Shown here one piece after another: positions 24,702 through 48,721 of a stretch of 64,000 bases of DNA; position 1 is the stretch's first letter; each line of letters opens with the position of its first letter. The notes beneath the pieces are model-generated. The model made no database searches. It was not told the origin of the DNA and saw nothing but the letters and a program-made list of their open reading frames with translations. The stretch comes from Auanema rhodensis (taxonomy: Eukaryota; Animalia; Nematoda). Where the stretch lies: contig OZ059894.1 in the NCBI GenBank assembly GCA_964057225.1, forward strand, positions 6,200,001 to 6,264,000. Direction: 5' to 3'. The position numbers and the translations under genes are program-made.

Positions 24702-27700
24702 CTGAAAAATGAACTCAATTAAAAAAAGTATGATTTTCATTAAAAAATATATATATAAAGGGAGAAATACTAAATTATGAGATTATATCAAATAATTTTC
24801 ATCACTTAGTCTTAATCGAATGAAAGAAAGAGCTTGTGAATGCCCATCTGGTGATAGATCAGATTTTTACTGAGTTTATATACTCAGAATAGGCGGACCG
24901 ATTGCAAAGAACAAAAGGACGATTGATCATTAAAGATTGTGTTCACGTGAAAAACACCCAGAACTGACGGGGGAAGCCGTCTTGAAGAAGAAGAGAGACC
25001 ATTAAAAATTAAGAGAAACCTGTATCTAAAAGTGATACCGTTATCACTTTAATCAAGGCAAAAAGACTGTACAACACTCAGAAAAGAACAGAAGAAGTAG
25101 AGAAAAAGACTGAACATAAGTGGCAAATTATTAATGGAGAGTAGTAGAGAAAGACAGATAGAGAGAAAAATAAAGAGAGACTTGTAAAGAGTATTAAGAG
25201 AGACGCGACCAAAACATTCCAATGTCAATGAATCGTAACTTGTCTGGTTCCTTGCTTCTGTAGAACAAAGTACGATAGTTACTATTTTTAGTTGAATCTG
25301 GGCCAAAATTTCTTAGTTGTCCGATCAACTTTTTACATTTTTGATCCTTTTGAATATACCTCGATCAATGACTTCTAGAATACATACGACAATAGGCAAA
25401 CTGTGATTTGAAATAATTGGATATAGATTTGATGGCAAGAACGATATGGAGTATATAAAGAGAAATTGAGTGAGGGATTTCATTCTTGCACAGCTGTGAG
25501 TTTGTTTTCAAGCTTTCTTTTGATTGTCTATGAGGTTCTTTATCGTCTCCCGAGCAATGATCTTTTAAACATCTAGAAGAAGCATAGAGAAACATTAAGA
25601 GAGAACTTTGACTTTTGTTCAATTTTTATTGCTACTGATTATGTTTAATGAACGTTATAAGATTACCCAATAAATGATAAATCTTGTACCTTCATCTGGA
25701 TAAAGTCATCCAAAAGTGGACAAAGACTTTGTACCTCTATTTTCCTCGTCCAAAAAGGTTCCCCTTATATAATCAAGCAGTTCATATTTCTATATTTCTC
25801 TTATATTCAAGAGCACATGAAATGCTCAAACCAAATTATTGACAAAAAAAATAGAAAAAAATTCCTTATTTAACTGCATTTTTTAATTTTAAAACAAAAA
25901 TATCTGCAAATGACATATACACACACTTGCACATATGCAGAGAAATAGAGACAAAGACACAGAGACCCTTACTTCCTACATACACACTTATTTAGATTTA
26001 TTTTTAAATATATTATTTAAAACTGTAATATTATAAATATTAAATATAAATAAGAAAACATGTTAGGAGCATCATAGATCTCTCAGCCAAAAATATGTTT
26101 ATAACCATCATAATAGGAATACGACGTTAATTATTTTTAGATGTTCGAACATCAGAATAGAATTCTTATTTTAGAATTGTAATTTTTATAAAACAACATA
26201 TCATATTTATATTTTTAATTTTTGCCAATAATAATAAAAAGGAAGCAATTTTTATTTAACATTTTTAATGTGTGATCTCTTTTTGATCATACCATTCTTT
26301 AAAAATTATCATTTTGCTCTTTAATACAGTCAAATGATTATGCTTTTTCTGATAGTTCTATCGTATTAGCTCATTTCTTTGTCTTAATATTTTTCTATGA
26401 CATTATTCTTACGTCGTTTTCACAGCATTTTGCAGACCATTGAGATAAACGAGGCGAGGGAGGAAGTTTTTGATTGCGTGAGAGACTGATAAACTTGAAA
26501 ACTAATAAAAATGATTGTGTATTTGTGAGTGAAAGGCTAGAGGATAAAATCAAAAAGCTAATACTTCAAGGAGGTACTACAGAGACCATACACAGATACG
26601 GTATGACGACATTTTCTCGAAAAAAAAGTCTTTCAAAAAGGCACATGAAATGTCCATGCACTTCGTATTTTCGCACCTGAACTTCACGTGAAACATCACA
26701 CATCGTCACTGCCAGTGGCACAACGTCCGAAGCATCTGACGAAATAGTGGTGCTTGTAGACAGAATAGAGTAGAACATTCGACGGCTGAAATAAGAGTTT
26801 AAGATCAATTAAACATAATTTAACCCAAAATTAGAAATTTCATTTAAGGCCAAGTGAACTTTTTTTTATCACACGTTGGATAAACTATAACATAGATGTA
26901 GTGTATTTTGAGAACATTTTGGTCCAAATGATGATATCATAGTAAATTTTTAGTCTGGATTTAGATACTCCATCCAAATTACATCATTGTGTTTACTAAA
27001 GTTCAAATTTATTTCATATAAATATATATAAAATTTTCAGAGTTTGAAAAAATTGAAATTATTTGATATCTTCCGCCCGAATGCCAAACCTATGATCAGC
27101 GCGCCCTGTTATCTGCCGTAAAATAGACATAATTCCGGACGTAAGTACAAATTGATCTGAAAATTAAAAATTTTCATTCACGTATTGAACAACGTAATTA
27201 TTGAGAGATGAGAAAATATCGGTAAACCGTTCATAAAACATGAAACTAAAAAACAACTTCATTATCATTTTTTTATTTCCTATGTCTTAATGTTTCAAAA
27301 CAAAATTTAAAAAAAACGACGGTATCAATAGTCGTCTTTTTCAAATCAAACTATTTCAAACTGAGCTCTGATCGCAAATGTTTGCAAGAATTACCACTAG
27401 AAGTAAAAGAATCAAGTTATTTAAACACATGAATAGAAAAAGTTATAAGAGAAAAATATTTGACATAGATCTTCAAGATCAAAAAGTATTCACTTTCAGT
27501 AATTTTCATCTAGTTCACTTAAATGTTGAAATAAACAAAAAACAATAAGATTATGGCTAAATAGAAGATAAAGAAGTAGAAAAAGAGAATAAAACGAACT
27601 TGTGCTGTAAAACGTGGAAAATAGGTATTTCACGAACTTTAGTTAACATGTTTTCACTAAATAATATTTCAAGTTCAACAAATCAGTTCGTATTAAGTAC

Positions 27701-30426
27701 AATAAAATAAATAAATCAATAAAAATTAACTAAAAAATCGTTCAGACTAAAACATATTCAAGGAAAGAGAACCAGTTTGAATATGAATCTACAGAGATCT
27801 TGTATACCAAGTTTATCTTTCATAAATACTTCTCGTAAATATAAGAATAAATATTATATATAAGATATAAAAACACATGTCCAAATTCTTTGCAGTTTGT
27901 AGTTTTTTTATTTTTTTGTTTCTAGGATAACAAAGTTAATGAGACGCCATCGTTGTTTCAGGCTTCAGCCGAACTGTTATCGATCCAGAAACCGGACAGA
28001 CCCGTCTCTCAAGAAAGATTGTGCTCCACCTTGCTGCCATACAATCGATAATAGTTTTTGACGATGTGTTTCATAGAAGCACATGGAATTATTTATTGTA
28101 TAGAATTAATTTTTAGAATGTTGTCTTAATTAATTTCATAAAATTTTATATGAAAATTACAGTTCAATGAGTATTTCTACGAGTAGCTATCATTATCTTT
28201 ATATGAAACATATTGTTTGACTTATGATGAATCACATAAATTGACATTGACAAAACGATGATCAAAAGTTATAAGATAGTTCACGTTTCAGTATTTAATC
28301 CGGTTTTAACACGATTATTAGAGAAAGAAAGTAATCAAGAGGGATAAAAATATATCAGATTCCTTAATTAATACGTGTCTAGATAAGTAAAAGCATGTTT
28401 GTTTACGGAACAAAAAACTAAAATTTAATAAAAAGCATGTTAAAAATTAAAAAAACGGATGAAATATATTGAAACAATAAGAAGAAAGATGCCTATATTC
28501 GATTGTCAGCGATGTTTAAGAGACCATTTTGTCTGCCTCAGGGCTTATCAACTGGAATTTTTGGTTCAGCGTTTTAGAGAATAGACATCTTTTCATTTAC
28601 CTGTCCTCATGAGACACATTATGATTTCGGTTAGATTATTTGGCCTCACCATTGATTGTGTGATCGATTTCAATTGCCCTATTCATTTTTATGCATAACG
28701 TCTAACGTCTAATCATTTATTATTTTTTATACACAATCAAATATATTTTTCAATTTCATTTCATTTAGATAAATATTTGAATAATAACCTTTGAATCATA
28801 TACCTTATTTTAAAAAATTACATTTGAGAAGACATTTATTTTAAATCTAAATGACATACAGAGCGGCTGCTTTTTCCCCACAAAAATAACAACAGAAAAA
28901 TAGTTGCAAAACATGTAGAACGGCTGAATATCTGGAACTCTAGTAACTAAGAAAAACATCACGCTAGAGATGAAGATGAAACGACATGAAAGTCTCATTA
29001 ATTATTAGCTTTTTCTATATTAGTAACTTATGCAAAGTTTTTAGAAACGTTTATAGTTTATAGTAAACACATTTTTTTTTGAAAATGAATGTTTTTTTAA
29101 CAAACTTATTCAAATGGATTATGCAAAGCAATCTGTTTTTAATAATCAATAATTTTGAAATACTACTTAGAAAATCATGAGAACATGGTTTCAAGATATT
29201 ACTTTGATGATGTTTTGATTATTTGTATCAATATTTGGATTAAAATTTTCTTACAATTCTAAACATTAGTGGAACTACAAAATATTTCATGAAACATGAA
29301 AAACACATGTAAACTGAGAAGACCTACAAGCATCTAATCAATACGGTTTCATGAAAAAAGGCAGGGATGCGATATCAATTTCTACGAATAAGTATAGTTT
29401 TATCAATTTAAAGTCAATGGATTCGAACAAACTATTTTAATTGTATATCTTTCCTTGCTTGGCTATTTCTGTTTATTGATAGCAATGCAAATATGAAGAT
29501 ATTTTCTATACAGTTCATTAATTTCATTGATCATACCCGGCGCTAGTTAAAAAATTATGCTACAAAACGTAATGAATGTGTTATTTCTTTTCTTTTTTAT
29601 TTTAATATAACTGATAATTTGTTCAACTACTAGTAATTTGTTTATTATTTAATAACTAATACATTCATGAGTTTTTTTAACGAATTCCACATGGTTTCAT
29701 TCAAATATTTGCTTATTCAATTGTTCAATGATTAATGTTTGAAAGGTTGATGTTACCTGCCATATCGAAATTTCATTGCGTTATTTATTTTTTAAAAATT
29801 TAAGTGTTAATTCTTTTTCGCATGACAATAGAAATATTACTATTTTCAAATAATGATCACTTATGAATATTCAAAAAGTATTTATTCTTTTTGTATTAAT
29901 ATTGCTCATAATTTTTTATAAAGCATTTGACAGTGTTATCTATCCCATCCACGTTCCGCACTTCAATGTTGTTGCGTTGAATTTGCTCTATTCAGAATTC
30001 GCAGACGAGCAACCAATTATTAGAAGAAGGAACGTTCAGAAGCCGTGTGTTTGAACACGTGTTGAATGTCTTTTCACGAGAATGACATGAGACTATCCCT
30101 TTTTACTAAGCAACATCGTCATAACAATCGTGTCGCTTTTATTCTAACTACTTTAATATTCATCTCATGTAACGTTTCAATGCTATTTATTAAAAATTAT
30201 GTTAAAGAATATGCATTTCTAATAAGGACTTACATAGTTAAATACTTATTATTCATTATCCTTAACTTATCTATGTTTTTGTTTTATCAATCGACCTTAT
30301 ACATTTCAGTGCTTTGATAGTATCCAATACATTTAAACGATTTCTTATGTAATTCTCAATTTCAACAAAAGTATGAGTCATTTTTCAATATTTGACGAGA
30401 CTAGATGATACAACTTTTCAGTTGAA

Positions 30427-33400
30427 ATGACGATATGGTCGTGTTCTTATTGTACTCTTAATAATCCTCAAACTTCGATATTATGTGAAGCTTGTGGTTC
30501 AGAAAATCCGTCCGTAAAAAGTAGGAAATCAATCTTGCCTAAAGTTTTAACAACTCCGAGTAAGTTCTTTTCAATTTCTTATTTTATCTAAGCGAACATC
30601 TAGTTTCAAATATGAAAAATGCAGTAGTGGACATTTTTTCTGTAGATAAAGCTCGTCGACCCCCTCGTCCTCCATATCCTCAAAGTAGGTTTCTATTAAT
30701 TTAATATTTTAATTTTCACAACTATGACTACTTTTCAAGATATTGTTGTTGCTAATAGTCCACAAATTCGTGCCCCCCCTGCTCGTCCACCTCCACAAAT
30801 CCCAGCTCCTAGTACATCTTCAAGTGTTTCAAGTATCTTTGGTGGTTATTCTTAAAATTATAGCTTAAGTTTAGCACTTTCTAATGATTTGAATATTGAT
30901 TATTCCATGAATTGGATTTGTAATCAATGTTATTCCTTGAATGCTATAGCTCAAACTACGTGCCCTTCATGCCAAACTGTAAGAAGAGGTTTTAGTTCAT
31001 ATCTTGATAATTATATTATATTTATTTGTTTCTAGGTACACATCAGTCTAATGTTTATGATTCTATATATAAATCCACAAAAGTAAGAAAACTGAATAAT
31101 ATTTCAAAATAAAATATTTTAGAACTCAACTAATACAACACTTTGCTCTGAAATAACAAGTATTGTAGAAAATGACGATGAGAATAGAGCGCGAGCACAA
31201 TATTCAGAAATTATAAATCATTGCAAGTAAGTTTCATTTGTTCATCTTCTCTATATGCCCATTTTAGGTTTTCTTCGAGCACTTTTATAGACGATTCTTT
31301 CCCTCACTCGAGTAGAAGTATTGGAAATATTTGGGAACAGAGTCAAGTTAGTATTGTTGGTGAGCTTTCCTATTTCTTTTTTTTTATTCCTCAAATTTAC
31401 AGAAAGATTACCTACGGAATTAATATGGCTTCGACCTCACCAAATTTTTACGAAGGATGGCCGTAAATGGAATTGGAATGTTTTTCGTGATCCTCGTTCT
31501 TCTGACATTGAACAAGGTATACAAAGGAAAGTTACTTAAGTTTTAAAGTCAATTTTTTTTCTCAGGAAGCCTTGGAGACTGTTGGCTTCTGTCTGCTATG
31601 GCATTAATTGCGGAAAGGCCGGATATTTTGGAAAAAGTCGTTTTAACCAAGATTTATAATACCTGTGGTGTTTATCAGATCAGGTAAATACTTAAATATA
31701 TCTCATAACCATCTCATGAATATCTAAGAGTTTGTGTTGATGGAACATGGAGTGTTGTAACTGTGGATGATTTCTTTCCATGCAGACCGATAAGCCAAAG
31801 TCTCGTTTTTGCTGTTGGCCGAAAAAATCAAGTACAGTTACATACTTTTAACAATTCATGTTTTTACATTGTATAGCTTTGGGTTCCTCTCATTGAAAAA
31901 GCTGTTGCTAAAAGATTAGGTAATTATTCGAAGTTGATAGGTGGTCGCACAATTGAAGGCTTAGCCATTTTGACTGGTAATTTTGCTATTTTAATATACC
32001 TTTTATATAGTTTTTAATTAGGATCTCCTTGTGAAACAATAGTAATTGGAGATTCTGATGAAGAATTCAAAGAACTTATTTGGGCTCGCCTCTTTAGTGC
32101 AAAGTTTATCTTGAAATGTTTCTATAGTTTGATTCTACTTTTCAGAGAAGCTGGTTTTATACTTGGATGTAGTTGTGGATCAGGAAATTCCGATGTCAAT
32201 ACATCTCACTATACAGAAAAAGGAATTATGCCACAACATTCATATTCCATCTTGAATTTAACAGCAGAAGGATCTCATAGGTAAACTTATTTCTGAAGCT
32301 GTTAAATAAAAAGTATTTTCAGGCTTATTAGACTTCGAAATCCTTGGGGAACTTTTGTTTGGAAAGGAGACTGGTCAGATTCCTGGCCTGGGTGGACTCC
32401 AGGTTTTTCAAAATTTTTTAGAATAAAAAAAACGAAAGAATAATCATTCAGAACTTAAACAAAAATTGTTGTTTGAGTCAGTCTCTGGTTCATTTTGGAT
32501 GTCGTTCACAGATTTTACTAAGTATTTTGACTCAGGTTTCTATTAATTGAACGCAAAAAAATATTAGTAAACTTTTAGTTGATATTGCTAAAGTTAGGTT
32601 CCAAACCCCATGGTCAGATTTAAGGATTCCACTTCAATTAGGTGGATCGTATGATCCATCAGATAGGTTCACCGGTTTGACTTTATAAATATTATCTTCA
32701 TTTCATCAGATGTGTACGTTTCATTATTGAAAGACCAACTGAAATGTGTTTCTCTCTCTATCATACGGATGGTCGTCAAACTGAGGACCGGGTTTGTGGT
32801 CAGTTTCTGTTTTCATTTCTCTATCTGTTTAGATAGATCTTCTAATTTGCGTTCATGAAACAACACAGCGCGGAAATATCGGCAAGCTAATATGCAGATC
32901 CCCCCGAAAACTTGAGTCTTTTGTCTGTACAGGTCTCTAGATAATTGCGATATTTAAATGGTTCAGAAATATTTGCAGGCGATTACTTTTTTGGCCCTGG
33001 AGAATATGTGGTTATATGTCACAGCATGTTCCATCTTGGAGACCAAAAACAACCAGGCTGTCTGGCAATTCATAGGTAATGTTAGTAATGAACAAACAGA
33101 ATTCATGATATATTATAGTTCTGCCGCAATTTTTGGGGAACTAATTCCATGCAAACCTACTTCACTGAGAGATTCTTTGTGCCAAGTCTTGATTAAAGAA
33201 GGAAATGAGACTTATGTAGTATTTAGAAACTTAGTTGAGTACCGACTTTTTATTTCAGTTGCATAGTGATATTCTACTTCGTTCACTTTCGAAGGACATG
33301 GGTGGTTTGATTTTAATGGTAGATAACAATCTAGCAAATACTTATTCACGGGTGATGTGAGAACATTTATACTAGCAACAGTTTAATGAAAACTTAAAAC

Positions 33401-33769
33401 AGAACCGATTGTTCATTGAGTACAAACGTTATCTCTTCACGCGGATGCTTACTGATGGCTGACTCAATTCCTCCTGGAACTCGCCAAGTGTGCTTCTTGT
33501 TAACTTATCTTCTTAGTTTTGGCTTTCAGATTACAACTGTACTAACTCAGTTTGAATATCATTCGTCTTATCTGATTAGTCATCGCATTCCCCCCGTAAG
33601 TTATCAAAACAATTCCGGTTTCAGAAGAAACTTGCAGGTTCAACTTTCGACAGTGCCTCAGTTAAAAGAACAAGCTCTAGATGAAAACAGTATAGATTCT
33701 ATGCACTCACCTCTTTTGGAAAACGACACAATAGAGAATCTACACTCTCCCTACGGCGTTTATATATAA
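30427..33769 (+). CDS. CAPN15: Calpain-15/SOL-type calpain with N-terminal RanBP2 zinc fingers and a SOL-homology C-terminus
   Basis: Zinc fingers [10 protein letters not shown]...CEAC and WICNQC...CPSC. Protease core [25 protein letters not shown] (Cys), [15 protein letters not shown] (His), LRNPWG (Asn). SOL-like [21 protein letters not shown]. Confidence 0.9.
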
Positions 33770-35123
33770 ATTTAAAATATGTGATATGGGAAGAAGCATT
33801 TTCTCAAAATTTATGTGATACTCGTAACTAATCATTATTCCTAGTCGGATCTTGTAATACATGGTTCTTTCATAAAATAAAGAATTCTATGTTGGTTTTA
33901 TATTTTGTTTCCTTATAACTCAATAACATTTAACGTTAATATAAGTGGTAACAGTGGCTTACGTGAAGATAATGATTTATTTTGAAGTCTATAGAATAAC
34001 AGACCGGTTGCTTTCTAATGCTGAGCTTTGCCAGTAGTTTTTAAAATTAATTTAACAAAGAATACAGCAAATTTTTACGAGGTAAGAAACGATTTTAGTC
34101 GAGAGAAGAGTTTTTTTATGTAAAAGAGGTGGACAGGTACACTAGAAAAGATTGACCAATTTTAACCTATTAGACATGCTTAATTCTCCCAACTCGCTAA
34201 CTGTTTCATTGAATTTATCTCTGTTCATTCATGCTTCATAGCTCATTCTCCTTTTCTGCCTCTATCTTCATCCCTCTTATTCTCGCTCTCTTTGTCTTTC
34301 TTCAGTTCTTTTTCTTTTAACTCTCCATTGCGCCTTCTCTCTCATCGCCCCAATTGCCTTTTGTGGATTTAATTTCATCCACTTTTGATTGACAGTTGAC
34401 ATTGCTTCTGAATGACACAAACACAACTAGCCACATAACTAAGAAATCACCCTCACTACCGCCAGACAACTACGTAAGTAGGTATACACAGTCTTATTAT
34501 ATTAAAAATTTATTGATTAGACAAATCTTGTCAATCTTATAAGATCTGCAACAGAATTACAAAATCAGTTCTATGAATATAAGCAATACAAATAAGGACA
34601 GAATATGAATTTCGTGAGGATTTTGCTCGTAGGGCAAAGAAACGAAAAGAAGAACATATTACCCAGCACGAGTAGAAACATAAGTTAATCTAAAAGACAT
34701 ATGGTACAAACTCGGGAAAACCCTGTAACAGATGGGTGAGGAGGTTTTGCTTACGAATGAGGACTAAATTAAAGTTATAATGTCACCTATAAACAATAGT
34801 ACAAACGATAAAAAGACAACAGTATTAGCAACAAGATTTTCTGTCATGGAAGAGGAACACGAAAAGCAGTGGCATTGTACCATAAAAAGGAACAAAGTGT
34901 TAATTCGAAAAAAAAGTTTCAGATCTTAGACAACTGAGCATTGCTTGAGTGTCATTACTAAATGAAATTAGGAGAAAGACAAGCTAATGATCAAAAGTAG
35001 CAGTTTTCCGGTCAGATAATCAAGTCATTTGCATTTCACATATCTATGATATTATTAAACATTATAATAAACTAAATAGGAAATAAATTTTAAATAGGTT
35101 AAATTATTGTCTTGGAAGAAAAT

Positions 35124-46034
<10,911 letters not shown>

Positions 46035-48689
46035 CTAATAATCAATATAATTATATTTAATATTACAACAAATTGAAAAGAAGAATAAAAAATATTATGA
46101 GACATAATGAAAAATTTGACTACGTAAATACGTAAACGAATGAGAATGAACCAAATTAAGTGCAATATTGTTAGGAAATAGCTGATGAAAGCGGGTTTGG
46201 TTGGACAGACTCAGCCGTGAATGCCTCGCCGCTATAGGGTCCAATGCAAACAGCCCACCGAATACTGTAGCTAGCAACGGTAATGAAAGAGCGACATAGA
46301 TATCAAAGCAACCACATATGGACTTAATAAAAGTGAAAAATACTAGCAAATGCTCATGAGCAAAATATTCTGAAATATAACTTAACGCCTACTTCTTACT
46401 CCACACATCGCTTTAATGTGTTCTCTAATCACGAAAAGATAGATGAATGACATGACTGTCATCTGTAGATACATGTCAGTTGACCGCCGCTAGAAGATCG
46501 ATTCTGCGCGAATCGCATTCATTCAGATCATGTCTCTAATCATTACGAATATAGATTAGTCTATCAATCAGAAACAACTACTTCAACTAATCATGCCAAG
46601 AAATGATGAGAGAAGGAGGAAGTCTGAAAAGCATCAGCAGTGGCAGCAGACAAGACAAAGCAAGTCAACCAGCAATGGCAGACATCCCAGCTGACAGCTC
46701 AGCAATCAAAATACAGAATGGGGAAGAGCCCTAATTTGCATGCTAATCTCAATCTCAACCATCAAGACACCAAAATACTGCTGGTTTAGCAAATCCGGAC
46801 TTAGGAGCTAACAATAGACCTGGTATAATGAAGAGCAAGGGCAGTATGGTTAAACGAATAGCAAGGACAAGTAGGTGGAGTGAGATAGTGCTGATGATTG
46901 CAAAAGAGGCAAGAGAAAGGAGGAGTATAGTAAGGAGGAGGGGGAGGAGTGGAACAAGGAAAAGGAGGCGGATGCTAGTACCGGAGTTGCCGGAACAACA
47001 ACATATAACGCACAGTACCATAATACGTCATCTTTTCATGAAAACCTCTATAGCGAGAGAAACTAATTGTACGTGGCGACGATTATGGGTTTTTATCATA
47101 GCTCACAGGCCATACCGCAACACTTGATGAAAAAAACTTATCAGTCTTCAAATTACCTATTGATCTGGCTTCAGGAAACAAAACCCCCTAACAACGGCAT
47201 TAATTTAATCAATACCGAAATGCTTAAGAAATAGGTCCCTTCTATATCTGGCCTAAGACAATAGGTGAAATCGATCACATGACTTGTAATAGTCAAGGGA
47301 GAGAAATTCAAAATGATTAATGAGCTACATGAAGGTTGCCCGCAGGTGGCGCTATAGAAACAGGACGACGACAATATCTGACGAGCGCCGTATTCATACA
47401 TATGGACGTGCGCATTAAGAAAGAATAGATTGTGAAAAAAGAAAAAGCTATTCTTAAGAAGCTAACCATTAGGCATCAGACTCACGATACCCAAAAGCGG
47501 CAGGACCAGGAACGGCAGACGCCACAGCATACTGTGCTGCGAGTGCAGTTGGGATTTGGAATGGGCCAGCCTCCTTGTTTGGTGCACACTTAATCATACT
47601 ATCAGCCTACTGAAGCTATTAAAATAGTCAACACCAACTGAGAGTAGCGGTATATCACAAAAATTATTTAAAGATTAAGTCAGAGTGAAGTGGGCGGAAG
47701 TCAAATATTTCTATCCCATTATACGGTTAATGGTAAACATTTTGATAACAGAAACGGATCCAGGTGGATTATCCTATTAGTCCTGGAGACGACGCAGTCT
47801 TTGATACGCCGCTCAGATAATTAGTGAATGAGAAGGGGGGAATACTATAATTGATGAGAAAATTGTCGGTTGCTAGTGATTAAGATAAAGTTACTAATTG
47901 CTAAAGCCATTGGCAAATCCTAAGATTTTTACAGTAGATTTACAGTTAATTGATTATTACTTATTTGAGAAAACTTAAACTGGAATATAACAATATATAG
48001 CAACAAACATAGTATTGATGAAATGGAATACATCATAATCTTCTAGAATAAAAGCACGAATAAGTTCTACTAGGTAAACTATAACAATAGCTAAGTGGTG
48101 AACCTGAATCACGTAACCGGTACTCATAACAGTGGGTTAGAATAAACTGTCATCTCACATTACCCTCAGATCTGAGCGGCTCCTTGTCTACGTCTTACCC
48201 CCGCAAACCGAAACAACTAACGAATTTGCATACGCCGACAAACAAAAGAACTGGCAGATGGCCAAAGTGAGATCATGATTTATGAGCAGTCAAAAAGGCA
48301 AAGAAATACTTAGATGATACAGTGATAGCCAGCTGTATATTGAAATAAATATCAAATTTCAAAAAGAGTGTTAAAAAACAAGTTGTAACTTATCCTCAAT
48401 ATACGGTTTTAATACTTTTTCTATTAATAATACTAAACAGATGCGGTAATGAAACATCAAGCCTAAATTTATATATACATATATATATATAATAGATATA
48501 GATATAACTTCATAACATAATGACAGGAAGACAAGAAAAATGTCAAAATGAAGATTATATGTATGGAATAAATAATGAAAATTGGTTTATGAAAGAAAAA
48601 CGATGTATAAATACAAAAATAATATAGTCAGACTAGTGGCATGATGAGCTTTAGCAACAATATATTCAAAATTCAAAATTTGAAATTTG

Positions 48690-48691
<2 letters not shown>

Positions 48692-48721
<30 letters not shown>
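48692..48721. repeat. (ATC)10 microsatellite
   Basis: Direct reading. Confidence 0.9.

Noticed and set aside
29863-30317. Hydrophobic ORFs upstream of the calpain gene
   Set aside because: F/I/L-rich translation expected from T-rich DNA; no exon structure.
46755-47127. Overlapping Leu-rich and Arg-rich ORFs
   Set aside because: By-product of a purine/pyrimidine-skewed tract in the unc-62 upstream region.
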